A DNA stretch of 64,000 nt from Candidatus Dormiibacterota bacterium (GTDB lineage Bacteria; Chloroflexota; Dormibacteria; Aeolococcales; Aeolococcaceae), in assembly GCA_019245575.1 (NCBI GenBank), contig JAFARE010000001.1, positions 268,015 to 332,014 on the forward strand. The letters run 5' to 3'. Below, piece after piece: positions 55,694 to 63,924 of the stretch (the stretch's first letter is position 1; each line of letters starts with the position of its first letter). Made by a program: the position numbers and the translations under genes. A model generated the notes under the pieces. That model did not search any database and was not told the DNA's origin. It saw only the letters and a list, made by a program, of their open reading frames with translations.

Positions 55694-56064
55694 GCGCCGG
55701 CCTCGCGCCGCCTGTCGATCACGACCGCGCAGCGCTCGATGGCTCCGTCGAGCGGCGGCTGCTTGGCCACGCGCACGCGCACCGACTCGGCGCGCGGTTC
55801 AGTCAGCAGCGCGTCCGCGATGGCACCGGCGAGCGCTTCGAGCAGATGGAACTGTTTGCGCTCCACCACGTCGCGCACCAGCCCGTAGCAGCGCACGTAG
55901 TCGAGCGTGTCGGCCAGCGAGTCGCTGCGCGCCGCGGCGCCGAGGTCGGCGGCCAGCTCGACGTCGACGTACACGTGCGACCCGAGCTCTCGTTCCGCGG
56001 CGAGGTCGCCGTGATGCCCGAAGAAGCGCATGCCTTCGAGCACGAGCCGGTCATGCGCCTCCAC
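55690..56064 (-). CDS. folB: Dihydroneopterin aldolase
   Basis: 124 aa. DRLVLEGMRFFGHHGDLAAERELG...DYV. GTGA overlap with folD. Confidence 0.85.
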   Translation of the reverse strand: MEAHDRLVLEGMRFFGHHGDLAAERELGSHVYVDVELAADLGAAARSDSLADTLDYVRCYGLVRDVVERKQFHLLEALAGAIADALLTEPRAESVRVRVAKQPPLDGAIERCAVVIDRRREAGA

Positions 56065-56070
56065 GCGCCG

Positions 56071-56076
56071 ATTCTA
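56071..56076 (-). promoter_or_regulatory. Putative -10 (TAGAAT) for leaderless folB
   Basis: TAGAAT on the minus strand lies 6 nt upstream of GTG 56064. Confidence 0.4.
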
Positions 56077-56112
56077 TTGGCTCGCCCTGCACCGCCCAGC
56101 GCGCGGAAGCGC

Positions 56113-56382
56113 CTACATGGCCTCCGCTTCGCGTTCCGGACGCAGGACCTGCTCCTGGTGGTCGAGCGGGTTGACCATCACGACCTGGAAGAGGTCCTCG
56201 AAGTCGCACTCGAACAGCTGCATCAGGGCCTGGCGCAGCTTCGGTCCCGGGTTCCGGGTCCCGGCTTCGAGCGCCGGGATGTAGTTCTGCGTCACGCCGA
56301 GGCGCCGCGCCAGCTCGCGCTGCGTGAGGCGATGGCGGTCTCGCATGGCGCGAAGCCCAGTGGCACGGACAACCACATTCAT
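56113..56382 (-). CDS. XRE family helix-turn-helix transcriptional regulator
   Basis: 89 aa. LRAMRDRHRLTQRELARRLGVTQNYIPALEAG is a classic HTH_XRE pattern. Confidence 0.75.
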   Translation of the reverse strand: MNVVVRATGLRAMRDRHRLTQRELARRLGVTQNYIPALEAGTRNPGPKLRQALMQLFECDFEDLFQVVMVNPLDHQEQVLRPEREAEAM

Positions 56383-56389
56383 GTGGTCG

Positions 56390-56419
56390 AAGGTACCGAC
56401 CGCTCAGTGTGTTTGTCAA
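56390..56419 (-). promoter_or_regulatory. Promoter of the XRE gene: TTGACA-18 nt-TACCTT, leaderless
   Basis: On the minus strand, TTGACA is at 56419-56414 and TACCTT at 56395-56390. ATG 56382 lies 7 nt downstream of the -10. Confidence 0.5.
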
Positions 56420-56450
56420 TGCCAATTGCGGACGCGCGCGGCCGCCGCGA

Positions 56451-56456
56451 TACGCT
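56451..56456 (+). promoter_or_regulatory. Putative -10 (TACGCT) for the leaderless zinc-ribbon ORF
   Basis: TACGCT lies 7 nt upstream of ATG 56464. Confidence 0.4.
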
Positions 56457-56463
56457 CCCGGCC

Positions 56464-56829
56464 ATGTGCCGCATCTGCCTGAAGCGCCCGGAGATCCCCG
56501 ACGAGCGATACGGCCGCTGCGAGGCGTGCGCCAAGGCGGGGCGCGTCGCCTACCGCTTCCGCCTCGGGCCTTCGCGGCAGGCACCCGGCATCGCCATCAA
56601 GGCCGGCGAGCTCTCGCCCCGCGCCCTGCGCCAGCGCTGGCGCGAGCCGCTGCAGGCATTCGCCGGGCAGCCGGCGGTGAAGGGTCCGCTCGGCTTGCAC
56701 GAGGTGGAGCTGGTGACGGCTCGCGACCGGCTCGAGGCGATCCGCCTCAGCCCCGACCTGGGCGGCAACGCCGCCGCCGCGCTGGAAGCGCTGCGGGCAG
56801 CCGCCGACCGAACCGACGCCGCCTGGTAG
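56464..56829 (+). CDS. Hypothetical protein with N-terminal CxxC-x12-CxxC zinc ribbon
   Basis: 121 aa, MCRICLKRPEIPDERYGRCEACAKAG. High GC3. Leaderless-type promoter. Divergent from the XRE gene. Lies within ORF 55846-56829. Confidence 0.5.
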   Translation: MCRICLKRPEIPDERYGRCEACAKAGRVAYRFRLGPSRQAPGIAIKAGELSPRALRQRWREPLQAFAGQPAVKGPLGLHEVELVTARDRLEAIRLSPDLGGNAAAALEALRAAADRTDAAW

Positions 56830-58083
56830 TCAGTGAAGCAGACGCCACCACGGCGACGGCCCCGGCAGGGACCGGGTGACGCGCACGGGCCAGCGGAGGA
56901 CGTCGCGGCCGCCGACCTCGGCGTCGACCTCGCCGGCCACGGCCCCCGCGGCCAGTGGGGCGGACGGAGCGTGCACCCGTAGCACCAGCCGCGCCGTCGC
57001 GCCCCGGCGCACGACGACCGCATCACCCGCCCCATACCCGGCCTCCAGCGGCGCGCTCCCGCCCCACCGCGCTGAGACGTCCCCGGCGAGTGGGGGCGCC
57101 AGCGTCGCGTCCGAGGCCACCACGTATCCGCCGAACCCCGCCCGCACCGCGCTGCCCGCGGCTCTGAACGCCCCGCCGAGCTCGGGGTGGGCCGGGTCTG
57201 CCGCGGCGTCCGGCGGCTGGCCCAGGATCGCGCCGACCAGGTGGACCGGCGGCGTCGACGCGTCCAGCTGCTGCGCCGCTGCGAAGAGCAGGCATCCGCC
57301 TGCCTGTGGCGTCCAGCCGGTCTTGATGCCGGTCCAGCCCGGCTCGCTCCCGAGGAGCGTGTCCAGATTGTGCAGCACGAGCCCGCCGGGCAGCACGGCC
57401 GTCTGCGTCGACACCAGGTCGAGGAGCGCCGGGTTGGCGGTGACGGCGCGCCCCAGCCGGAGCAGGTCAGCGGCGGCGGACACCGTCGCCAGGTCGTAGC
57501 CGCTCGGGTCCGCGAAGTGCGTGTGCGTCATGCCCAGCGCCTGCGCCCGGGCGTTCAGCGCGGCCAGAAACGCGTCCCGCGTGCCACCGCTCCAGCGGGC
57601 CAGCGTCTCGGCGATGTTGTTGGCCGATGGCAGGAGCAGCGCGAGCAGGAGCTGGCGCTCCGTCAGCTGCTCGCCAGAGCTGACCGGGATGTACGAGCCC
57701 TGCTCGGCGACGGCCTGCCGGTACAGGTCGACGTCCGCCGGGGTGAGCGTGAGCGTGGGGCCGGGCTGCCCGACGCCCAGAGGGTGTGTGCTCAGCACCA
57801 GCAGCGCCGTCATGGTCTTGGCCACCGAGCCGACCGGCCGGGTCGCCGTCGCGTCCCGTGCGGCGAGCAAGCCAGTGTCGTCGCCGAGCGCGAAGCTGCC
57901 GGTGGGCGGCAGCGGGATCGGCGGCGGTGCACCGGGAGCCAGCGCGAACGATGGCGGTGAGTGCACCGTCAGCGTGAGCCCGGGGAGCGGTGATGCCAGC
58001 CGCAGCACCGCCAGCGCGGCGCACGCGACGACGACGGCCGCGGCGACGGCCGCCGCGATCAGGAACGAACGTCGCATGCCCAC
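56830..58083 (-). CDS. D-alanyl-D-alanine carboxypeptidase (peptidase S11, PBP5-type)
   Basis: N-terminal TM anchor. SxxK (SVAK), SxN (SANN) and KTG (KTGWT) motifs. Confidence 0.85.
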   Translation of the reverse strand: MGMRRSFLIAAAVAAAVVVACAALAVLRLASPLPGLTLTVHSPPSFALAPGAPPPIPLPPTGSFALGDDTGLLAARDATATRPVGSVAKTMTALLVLSTHPLGVGQPGPTLTLTPADVDLYRQAVAEQGSYIPVSSGEQLTERQLLLALLLPSANNIAETLARWSGGTRDAFLAALNARAQALGMTHTHFADPSGYDLATVSAAADLLRLGRAVTANPALLDLVSTQTAVLPGGLVLHNLDTLLGSEPGWTGIKTGWTPQAGGCLLFAAAQQLDASTPPVHLVGAILGQPPDAAADPAHPELGGAFRAAGSAVRAGFGGYVVASDATLAPPLAGDVSARWGGSAPLEAGYGAGDAVVVRRGATARLVLRVHAPSAPLAAGAVAGEVDAEVGGRDVLRWPVRVTRSLPGPSPWWRLLH

Positions 58084-58118
58084 GCTCGCACGCGCGTTTG
58101 CCGCGCGGCGGCGGACCG

Positions 58119-58124
58119 TACGAT
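58119..58124 (+). promoter_or_regulatory. Putative -10 (TACGAT) for the leaderless CDF transporter gene
   Basis: TACGAT lies 6 nt upstream of GTG 58131. Confidence 0.4.
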
Positions 58125-58130
58125 GCCCGG

Positions 58131-59105
58131 GTGAGCGACCCCCACGGCCAGCGGCACGAAGCCGAGCACCGTCACGGCGCGCACGGCCATGTGCACGGGG
58201 TGGCGCCGGCGCGCGAGCCCGGCGCGATCCGCGTCGTCGTGCTGAGCTCGGCGGTCCTCGCGGCGGTGGCGGCCGCCGAGCTCGCCGCGGCAGCGCTGTC
58301 GAGCAGCGCCGGAGTCCTCGCGGACGGGCTGCACAACCTCGGCGACGTCTCGACGACCGTCGCCCTCGCGGTCGCGTTCATCCTCAGCCGGCGCGCGCCG
58401 ACGCGTCGATTTCCCTACGGATACCACCGGGGGGAGGACCTCGCCGGACTGGTCGTCCTGGGGTTGATCGTCGCCAGCGCCGTCGCGTCCGGCGTGACGT
58501 CCATCGAGCACCTGCTGCACCACCCGAGGGTGACCAACGTGGCGCTGGCCATCGCCATCGCGGGACTGGGCTTCGCCGGCAACGAGGCGGTGGCGCAGTA
58601 CAAGATCCGCGCCGGGCGGCGCCTGCGCAGCGTCGCGCTGACCGCCGACGGGCAGCACTCGCGCCTCGACGGGCTCGCGTCGCTGGGCGCAGCCGCGGGC
58701 GTCGTCGGCGCAGCCCTCGGCGCGCCGATCCTCGACCCGGTCGCCGGCCTCGTCATCACCGTGATCATCGCCAGCATCGCCTGGGAGACGGGACGCACCG
58801 TCACCGGGCGACTCCTCGACGAAGCCGACGCGTCGCTGGTCTCGACGCTCGAGACCGTGGCCGCGGGAACGCCGGGCGTGGTCTCGGTCAGCGAGGCGCG
58901 TGCCCGGTGGACGGGGCGGCGCGTGCGCGCCGAGGTGACGCTCGCGGTCGCGCCGGACACGACGCTGCGCGAAGCACATGCGCTGGGCGAGGAGGTGCGG
59001 CACCGCCTCTACCATCGCATCGACCCGCTGACAGAGGTGATCGTTCATCTCGACCCCGCCGGCGACCACGCCGCGCATGAGGCCGTCTCACACCATCTGC
59101 CGTGA
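58131..59105 (+). CDS. Cation diffusion facilitator (CDF) family metal efflux transporter
   Basis: His-rich N-terminus (HGQRHEAEHRHGAHGHVHG). LADGLHNLGD and the FPYGYHR.EDL motif. C-terminal cytoplasmic domain. Confidence 0.85.
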   Translation: MSDPHGQRHEAEHRHGAHGHVHGVAPAREPGAIRVVVLSSAVLAAVAAAELAAAALSSSAGVLADGLHNLGDVSTTVALAVAFILSRRAPTRRFPYGYHRGEDLAGLVVLGLIVASAVASGVTSIEHLLHHPRVTNVALAIAIAGLGFAGNEAVAQYKIRAGRRLRSVALTADGQHSRLDGLASLGAAAGVVGAALGAPILDPVAGLVITVIIASIAWETGRTVTGRLLDEADASLVSTLETVAAGTPGVVSVSEARARWTGRRVRAEVTLAVAPDTTLREAHALGEEVRHRLYHRIDPLTEVIVHLDPAGDHAAHEAVSHHLP

Positions 59106-59158
59106 GGACCGAGCAGCGCGCCGGCGCGCCATGGCGTCCGGCCCGCTGCTCCGCGCGG

Positions 59159-59470
59159 TCAGCGCTTGGCGCGCCCGCCCCGGCTGGACTTGAGCGCGGA
59201 CGAGAGCGTCGTGCTCGCGGAGAAGCGAACCACACGGCGCGCCGGGACCTTCACCTGCTCACCGGTCCGCGGATTGCGTCCGATGCGTGCCGCGCGCTGC
59301 GACGTCTTGAACGCGCCGAAACCGTGGATGCGCACCTCATCGCCCTTTTCCAGCGAGGATGCGATGGTGTCGAAGAACCAGCTCACCTCGTCGCGAGCGG
59401 CGGACATGGTGATCTCCGCGCGGTCTGCAAGTTGCTTGGCGAGCACATCCCGGGTGACCACAGCTGCCAT
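59159..59470 (-). CDS. hup: HU family DNA-binding protein
   Basis: GFGAFKTSQRAARIGRNPRTGEQVKVPARRVVRFSAS is the HU/IHF arm signature. GGAGA SD. Confidence 0.88.
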   Translation of the reverse strand: MAAVVTRDVLAKQLADRAEITMSAARDEVSWFFDTIASSLEKGDEVRIHGFGAFKTSQRAARIGRNPRTGEQVKVPARRVVRFSASTTLSSALKSSRGGRAKR

Positions 59471-59506
59471 GTGACGTCTCCATGAGTGTTGTTGGCGCGG
59501 CCGCGA

Positions 59507-59512
59507 ATTGTA
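59507..59512 (-). promoter_or_regulatory. Putative -10 (TACAAT) for hup (leadered, with SD)
   Basis: TACAAT on the minus strand lies 36 nt upstream of ATG 59470. GGAGA lies in the leader. Confidence 0.35.
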
Positions 59513-59570
59513 AGGAAATGCAAGGGGGTCTTGGCAACTCCGCGCATGCTGCGCGCCGTCACAACTGTGT

Positions 59571-59576
59571 TAGCGT
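59571..59576 (+). promoter_or_regulatory. Putative -10 (TAGCGT) for the first FemAB gene
   Basis: TAGCGT lies 8 nt upstream of GTG 59585. Confidence 0.3.
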
Positions 59577-59584
59577 CAACTGAC

Positions 59585-60550
59585 GTGTTCGCCACGCGAA
59601 GCGGCGTCGCGGCCGGCGACTGGGATGCGGCGCTGCTCGCGTTGGGCGGTCACTTTCTGCAGAGCACGGCGTGGCAGCGCGTGCAGGAGGCGCTGGGCTA
59701 CCCGGTCGTGCACGCCCGCGATGCGGAGTGGATGTGGTCGGCGTCGCTCCGTCTGGGCCGCTTCCCTCGGTACATGTACGTGCCATACGGCCCGACCGTC
59801 CGCGCGGGCGCGGACGACGCGGCGCGCAGCATGGTCGCCGCGGCGCGCGGGAACGCCCTCGACTTCGTCCGCGCCGAACCCGACTCACAGCAGTCGCTGA
59901 AGGCGCTGCGGGGCATCGGGTCGAGGCGCGCGCGATCGATCCAGCCCAGCGCCACATGGGTGCTGGACATCGACGCGCCCGAGGACGCGCTGCGCCGCGG
60001 GCTGAGCTCGGGGCACCGGGGCAGCATCAATGCCGCCGAGCGGCGTGGCCTTCGCTTCGCGTCGACGCGCGACCCGCGGCGCATCGACGTGTTCCTCGAC
60101 CTGCAGCGGCGCAGCGTCGCTCGCTCGGGATACGAGGGCAGGCCCGCGCGCTATCACCGCACCGTTGCGCAGCTGCTCATGCCCGGCGGCGCGGCCACGC
60201 TGTACCTCGCCGAAGCCGGCGAATCCGCGGTGGCGGCTGCGCTGTGCTTCGACTTCGGCGTCACGCGGTACTACGCGCATGCCGCCTCCGACCCTGCGCT
60301 CGGCCGGCGGCTCGGCGCCGCTGCGCCGTTGGTCTGGGCGATGATCATGGACGCGCGCGCCGAGGGTCTGGAGCACTTCGATTTCTGGGGTGTGGTGCCG
60401 CATGCTCAGCCGGGCCATCCCTGGGCGGGATTCACGCAGTTCAAGATGTCGTTCGGCGGCCGGCTCGTGCAGCGCGTGGGAACCTGGGACGTGCCCGTGC
60501 GCCACACCCGCTACCTCGTGTACTCCGCGCTGGCGCGGGCGCGGCGATGA
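59585..60550 (+). CDS. FemAB family peptidoglycan bridge-formation (aminoacyl-tRNA-dependent) transferase
   Basis: GGHFLQSTAWQRVQEALG... and the FemAB/GNAT-like fold pattern. The start is GTG 59585 or ATG 59546. Confidence 0.75.
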   Translation: MFATRSGVAAGDWDAALLALGGHFLQSTAWQRVQEALGYPVVHARDAEWMWSASLRLGRFPRYMYVPYGPTVRAGADDAARSMVAAARGNALDFVRAEPDSQQSLKALRGIGSRRARSIQPSATWVLDIDAPEDALRRGLSSGHRGSINAAERRGLRFASTRDPRRIDVFLDLQRRSVARSGYEGRPARYHRTVAQLLMPGGAATLYLAEAGESAVAAALCFDFGVTRYYAHAASDPALGRRLGAAAPLVWAMIMDARAEGLEHFDFWGVVPHAQPGHPWAGFTQFKMSFGGRLVQRVGTWDVPVRHTRYLVYSALARARR

Positions 60551-61593
60551 GGACCGCATCCCCGGCGGAGCTGGCGCGCTGGGACGAGCTCGTGCTCGCC
60601 AATCCGGACGGCGGCCACATCCTGCAGACGCGCGCGTGGGGGGAATTCAAGCGCCGTCATGGCTGGACGCCGCTGTACGTCGTGGCGGATGACGGCGGTC
60701 ACGAGCTGGCAATGCTGGTGCTGCGCCGGCGCGCCCTCGCCGCCGGCGGCGAGCTGTGGTACCTGCCCAAGGGCCCAGGAGTCGTCGATGCCGCTCAGCT
60801 TGCCGCTGCCATCCGGCAGCTGCGCACGGCGGGATCGCGCGTCTTCGGTGTCAAGGTCGAACCGGAGATCGGCGACAGCCCGGTCACGGTTGACGCGCTG
60901 CGTCAGATGGGACTGCGCAAGTCGCGGCGCGACGTGCAGATCACGCGAGCCACGATCATCGTGGACCTGGCCCCGGACGAGGACGCCATCCTCGCGTCGT
61001 TCAAGCCGAAGACGCGGTACAACATCCGCCTTGCAGCGCGGCGCGGCGTCAGCGTCGAGCCGGCGCCGGCCACCGACGCGAATGTCGACGCCATGTACGA
61101 GCTGATGGCGGCGACGCGCGACCGAGCCAATTTCACCCTCCGGCCCAAGGACTATTTCCGTGGCTACTGGCAGCTGCAGGAGGCCGCGGGACAGGGGCAG
61201 CTCTTCTTCGCGCGCTGGGAGGGGACGGTGCTGGCCGGCATCTACGTCACCTACCTGGGCGCAAAGGGCTGGTACAAGGACGGCGGCTCGATGAAGGAAC
61301 ACGCCGAGGTGATGGCGCCGCATCTGCTGCAGTGGGAGGTCATGCGATGGTTGCGCCAGCGCGGCGTGCGGGCATATGACCTCGTCGCCGTGCCACCGCG
61401 CAGCGAGCTGCACGAGGGCCACCCCCTGTACGGTCTCTACCGCTTCAAGTCCGGTTTCAACGAGGACATCACAGAGTTCGTCGGCACGTGGGACCTGGTC
61501 CGCGACGCGCGGCGATTCGCGCTGTGGGACCGGGTCGTGGAGCGCGCCCTGCGGTCCTGGACACTTCGCCGCCATCACGACCTGCTCTACTGA
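60547..61593 (+). CDS. FemAB family peptidoglycan bridge-formation transferase (second paralog)
   Basis: GGHILQTRAWGEFKRRHGW..., KTRYNIRLA and the WGLYRFKSGF-like motif YGLYRFKSGF. ATGA overlap with the first paralog. Confidence 0.8.
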   Translation: MRTASPAELARWDELVLANPDGGHILQTRAWGEFKRRHGWTPLYVVADDGGHELAMLVLRRRALAAGGELWYLPKGPGVVDAAQLAAAIRQLRTAGSRVFGVKVEPEIGDSPVTVDALRQMGLRKSRRDVQITRATIIVDLAPDEDAILASFKPKTRYNIRLAARRGVSVEPAPATDANVDAMYELMAATRDRANFTLRPKDYFRGYWQLQEAAGQGQLFFARWEGTVLAGIYVTYLGAKGWYKDGGSMKEHAEVMAPHLLQWEVMRWLRQRGVRAYDLVAVPPRSELHEGHPLYGLYRFKSGFNEDITEFVGTWDLVRDARRFALWDRVVERALRSWTLRRHHDLLY

Positions 61594-61616
61594 CGATGCC
61601 GCGGGCGCCGCAGGCG

Positions 61617-61622
61617 CATGAT
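61617..61622 (+). promoter_or_regulatory. Putative -10 (CATGAT) for the leaderless enoyl-CoA hydratase gene
   Basis: CATGAT lies 6 nt upstream of ATG 61629. It is a weaker match because the first base is not T. Confidence 0.25.
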
Positions 61623-61628
61623 CCGCGC

Positions 61629-62399
61629 ATGACTGACGACACCGTGCGGCGCGCCCGCGACGGAGCGGTGCTGGTGGTGACCATCGATCGGCCCGAGGTG
61701 CGCAACGCCATCGACGGGCCGACCGCGGCGGCGCTGGCGCGCGCATTCCGCGACTTCGACGCCGACGACGAGCTCTCGGTTGCGGTGCTCACCGGTGCCG
61801 GCGGGTGCTTCTGCGCGGGCGCCGACCTGCGCTCCATCGCCGGCTCCGCGCGCGCGCCGCGCGCCGCGGTCGACGGCGACGCCCCGCTCGGCGTATCGCG
61901 CATGCAGCTGAGCAAGCCCGTCATCGCCGCGGTCGAGGGGCACGCAGTCGCCGGCGGCCTCGAGCTGGCCATCTGGTGCGACCTGCGCGTCGCCGCCGAC
62001 GATGCGGTGCTGGGTGTGTACTGCAGACGCTTCGGCGTGCCCCTGATGGACGGCGGCACGATCCGCCTGTCCCGCCTCATCGGCCAGGGCCGCGCGCTCG
62101 ACATGATCCTCACCGGCCGCGGCGTCGGTTCCGCGGAAGCGCACGCGATTGGACTCGTCGACCGCGTCGTGCCGCCCGGCACCGCCCTCGACAGCGCCGT
62201 GCAACTCGCCCACCAGCTCGCCGCACTGCCGCAGACGTGCATGCGGTCGGATCGTCTGTCGCTGTATGAGCAGTGGTCCCTCACCATGGCGGACGCGCTG
62301 CGCAACGAAACCGAGCACGGTCTGCGCGTCATCGCGTCAGGCGAAACCCTCGCCGGCGCGCGGCGCTTTGCAGGTGGCGCCGGCCGCCATGGGACGTAA
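61629..62399 (+). CDS. Enoyl-CoA hydratase/isomerase (crotonase) family protein
   Basis: VLVVTIDRPEVRNA, LTGAGG.FCAGADL and the AAVEGHAVAGGLELA oxyanion-hole motifs. An alternative start is at 61596. Confidence 0.85.
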   Translation: MTDDTVRRARDGAVLVVTIDRPEVRNAIDGPTAAALARAFRDFDADDELSVAVLTGAGGCFCAGADLRSIAGSARAPRAAVDGDAPLGVSRMQLSKPVIAAVEGHAVAGGLELAIWCDLRVAADDAVLGVYCRRFGVPLMDGGTIRLSRLIGQGRALDMILTGRGVGSAEAHAIGLVDRVVPPGTALDSAVQLAHQLAALPQTCMRSDRLSLYEQWSLTMADALRNETEHGLRVIASGETLAGARRFAGGAGRHGT

Positions 62400-62433
62400 C
62401 GTGGCTTTTGCGAACCCCTGGCGGAGCTCTGTT

Positions 62434-62581
62434 CGCGAGAGGCGCCCGTGGTCGCCGAGGCGACCGTCACGGAGGCGAGACGGAACGGCTGGGAGCGCAG
62501 GTCGAGCCGAGTGTCGAGCGGCGGGGCCCCGGAGTGGGCTCCGACCGCGTGTCGCCGAAGGGATCACGGGCGCTTCTCGCG
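62434..62581 (+). repeat. Conserved intergenic element, copy B (candidate structured sRNA / REP-like unit / bidirectional terminator)
   Basis: Core 62465-62550 matches the reverse complement of 10841-10966. A 17-bp closing stem pairs 62434-62450 with 62565-62581. Lies between convergent genes. Confidence 0.5.
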
Positions 62582-62608
62582 ACTGAAAAGCGGCGCCAGC
62601 GAGTGAGG

Positions 62609-63907
62609 CTATCTCCAGATGCGTTTCATGATCACGCGAGCGAGCTTCTCCGAATCGTGGTGCGACGAGATGCGCGTCGACACGACGTCGGCGAGGATGA
62701 AGTGCACCGGCTTGCGCGAGGAGCGGTCGCGGTCGAAGACGACGCGCGTGATGCCGGCCTCGACCGCTGAGGGCGGCAGCGGTGGCGTCAGGTTGCTGTT
62801 GACGATCACGTAGTCGAAGACGTTGCCGCCCACGTGCTCCTCGATGGTGTCCATGTGCTCGCTTACGGCGTATCCGAGGGTCTCACCGGGCTGGCCCGCG
62901 ACGTTGCACACGTACACCTTCACCGCTGGGCTGGCGCGCAGCGCCTCCACCATGCCGTCGACCAGCAGGTTGGGCAGGATCGACGTGTACAGCGAGCCGG
63001 GACCGACGATGATCAGCTCGGCGTCGAGGATCGCCGCCTCGGCCTCGGGGTTCACCGGCGCGTCGCCGGGGTCGAGGAACACGCGGTCGATGCGGTCGTC
63101 GCCGTAGGGGATGCGCGACTCGCCGACGCGCACCTCGCTGCCCGCGGTTGCGCACAGCGTCACGTCGCGCAGCGTGCTGGGCACGATCTGCCCGCGCACC
63201 GCGAGGACTCGGCCGGACTCGCGTATGGCGTGCTCGAAGTCGCCGGTGATCTCCGCCATCGCCATGATGAAGAGGTTGCCGAACGGGTGACCGCTCAGCG
63301 AGCCGTCGCCCCCGAAGCGATGCTGGAAGAGCTCGGTCATCAGCGGCTCCGTCTCGGCCAGTGCCGTGAGGCACTGGCGGAAGTCTCCCGGCGGCAGGAC
63401 GCGGTACTCGTCGCGCAGCCGTCCGCTGGAGCCGCCGTCGTCGGCGACGGTCACGATGGCGACGATGTTGCCCGTGTACTTCTTGATGCCGCGGAGCAGC
63501 GTGGAGAGCCCGGTGCCGCCGCCCATCGCGACCACGCGCGGGCCCTTCGCCAGCAGCCGGTGCGTGTACAGCGCTTCGATCAGCCCACGCTGTCCGGTGC
63601 TGCCCCGGCCGGGGAGGAATGGGCCGAGGATCGACTTGCCCAGCTTGTAGAACGCAAGCAGGAGCAGGCCGAGACCCACGACACCGAACAGCACGGCGCG
63701 CAGCACGCGGGGCAGGAACTGCAGCGTGGCCGCCTGCACCCACGTGGGGAACCGGACGTTGGAGCTGTAGACGTCACGCAGGATGTAGCCGACCGCCAGG
63801 CTCATCATCACGATGCTGGCGAACAGCAGCAGCAGCCAGCGTTTGACGTGCAGCCCGGGGGTGAACCAGCGGACCAGCGTCTGGCTGGGCCGCAGCCTTG
63901 CTCTCAT
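62609..63907 (-). CDS. YvcK/CofD-like (UPF0052, gluconeogenesis factor family) protein with N-terminal 2-TM extension
   Basis: VVAMGGGTGLSTLLRG and VTVADDGGSSGRLR motifs. The first ~110 aa contain two hydrophobic helices. Confidence 0.85.
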   Translation of the reverse strand: MRARLRPSQTLVRWFTPGLHVKRWLLLLFASIVMMSLAVGYILRDVYSSNVRFPTWVQAATLQFLPRVLRAVLFGVVGLGLLLLAFYKLGKSILGPFLPGRGSTGQRGLIEALYTHRLLAKGPRVVAMGGGTGLSTLLRGIKKYTGNIVAIVTVADDGGSSGRLRDEYRVLPPGDFRQCLTALAETEPLMTELFQHRFGGDGSLSGHPFGNLFIMAMAEITGDFEHAIRESGRVLAVRGQIVPSTLRDVTLCATAGSEVRVGESRIPYGDDRIDRVFLDPGDAPVNPEAEAAILDAELIIVGPGSLYTSILPNLLVDGMVEALRASPAVKVYVCNVAGQPGETLGYAVSEHMDTIEEHVGGNVFDYVIVNSNLTPPLPPSAVEAGITRVVFDRDRSSRKPVHFILADVVSTRISSHHDSEKLARVIMKRIWR

Positions 63908-63924
63908 CGAGATGGCCCGATTGT

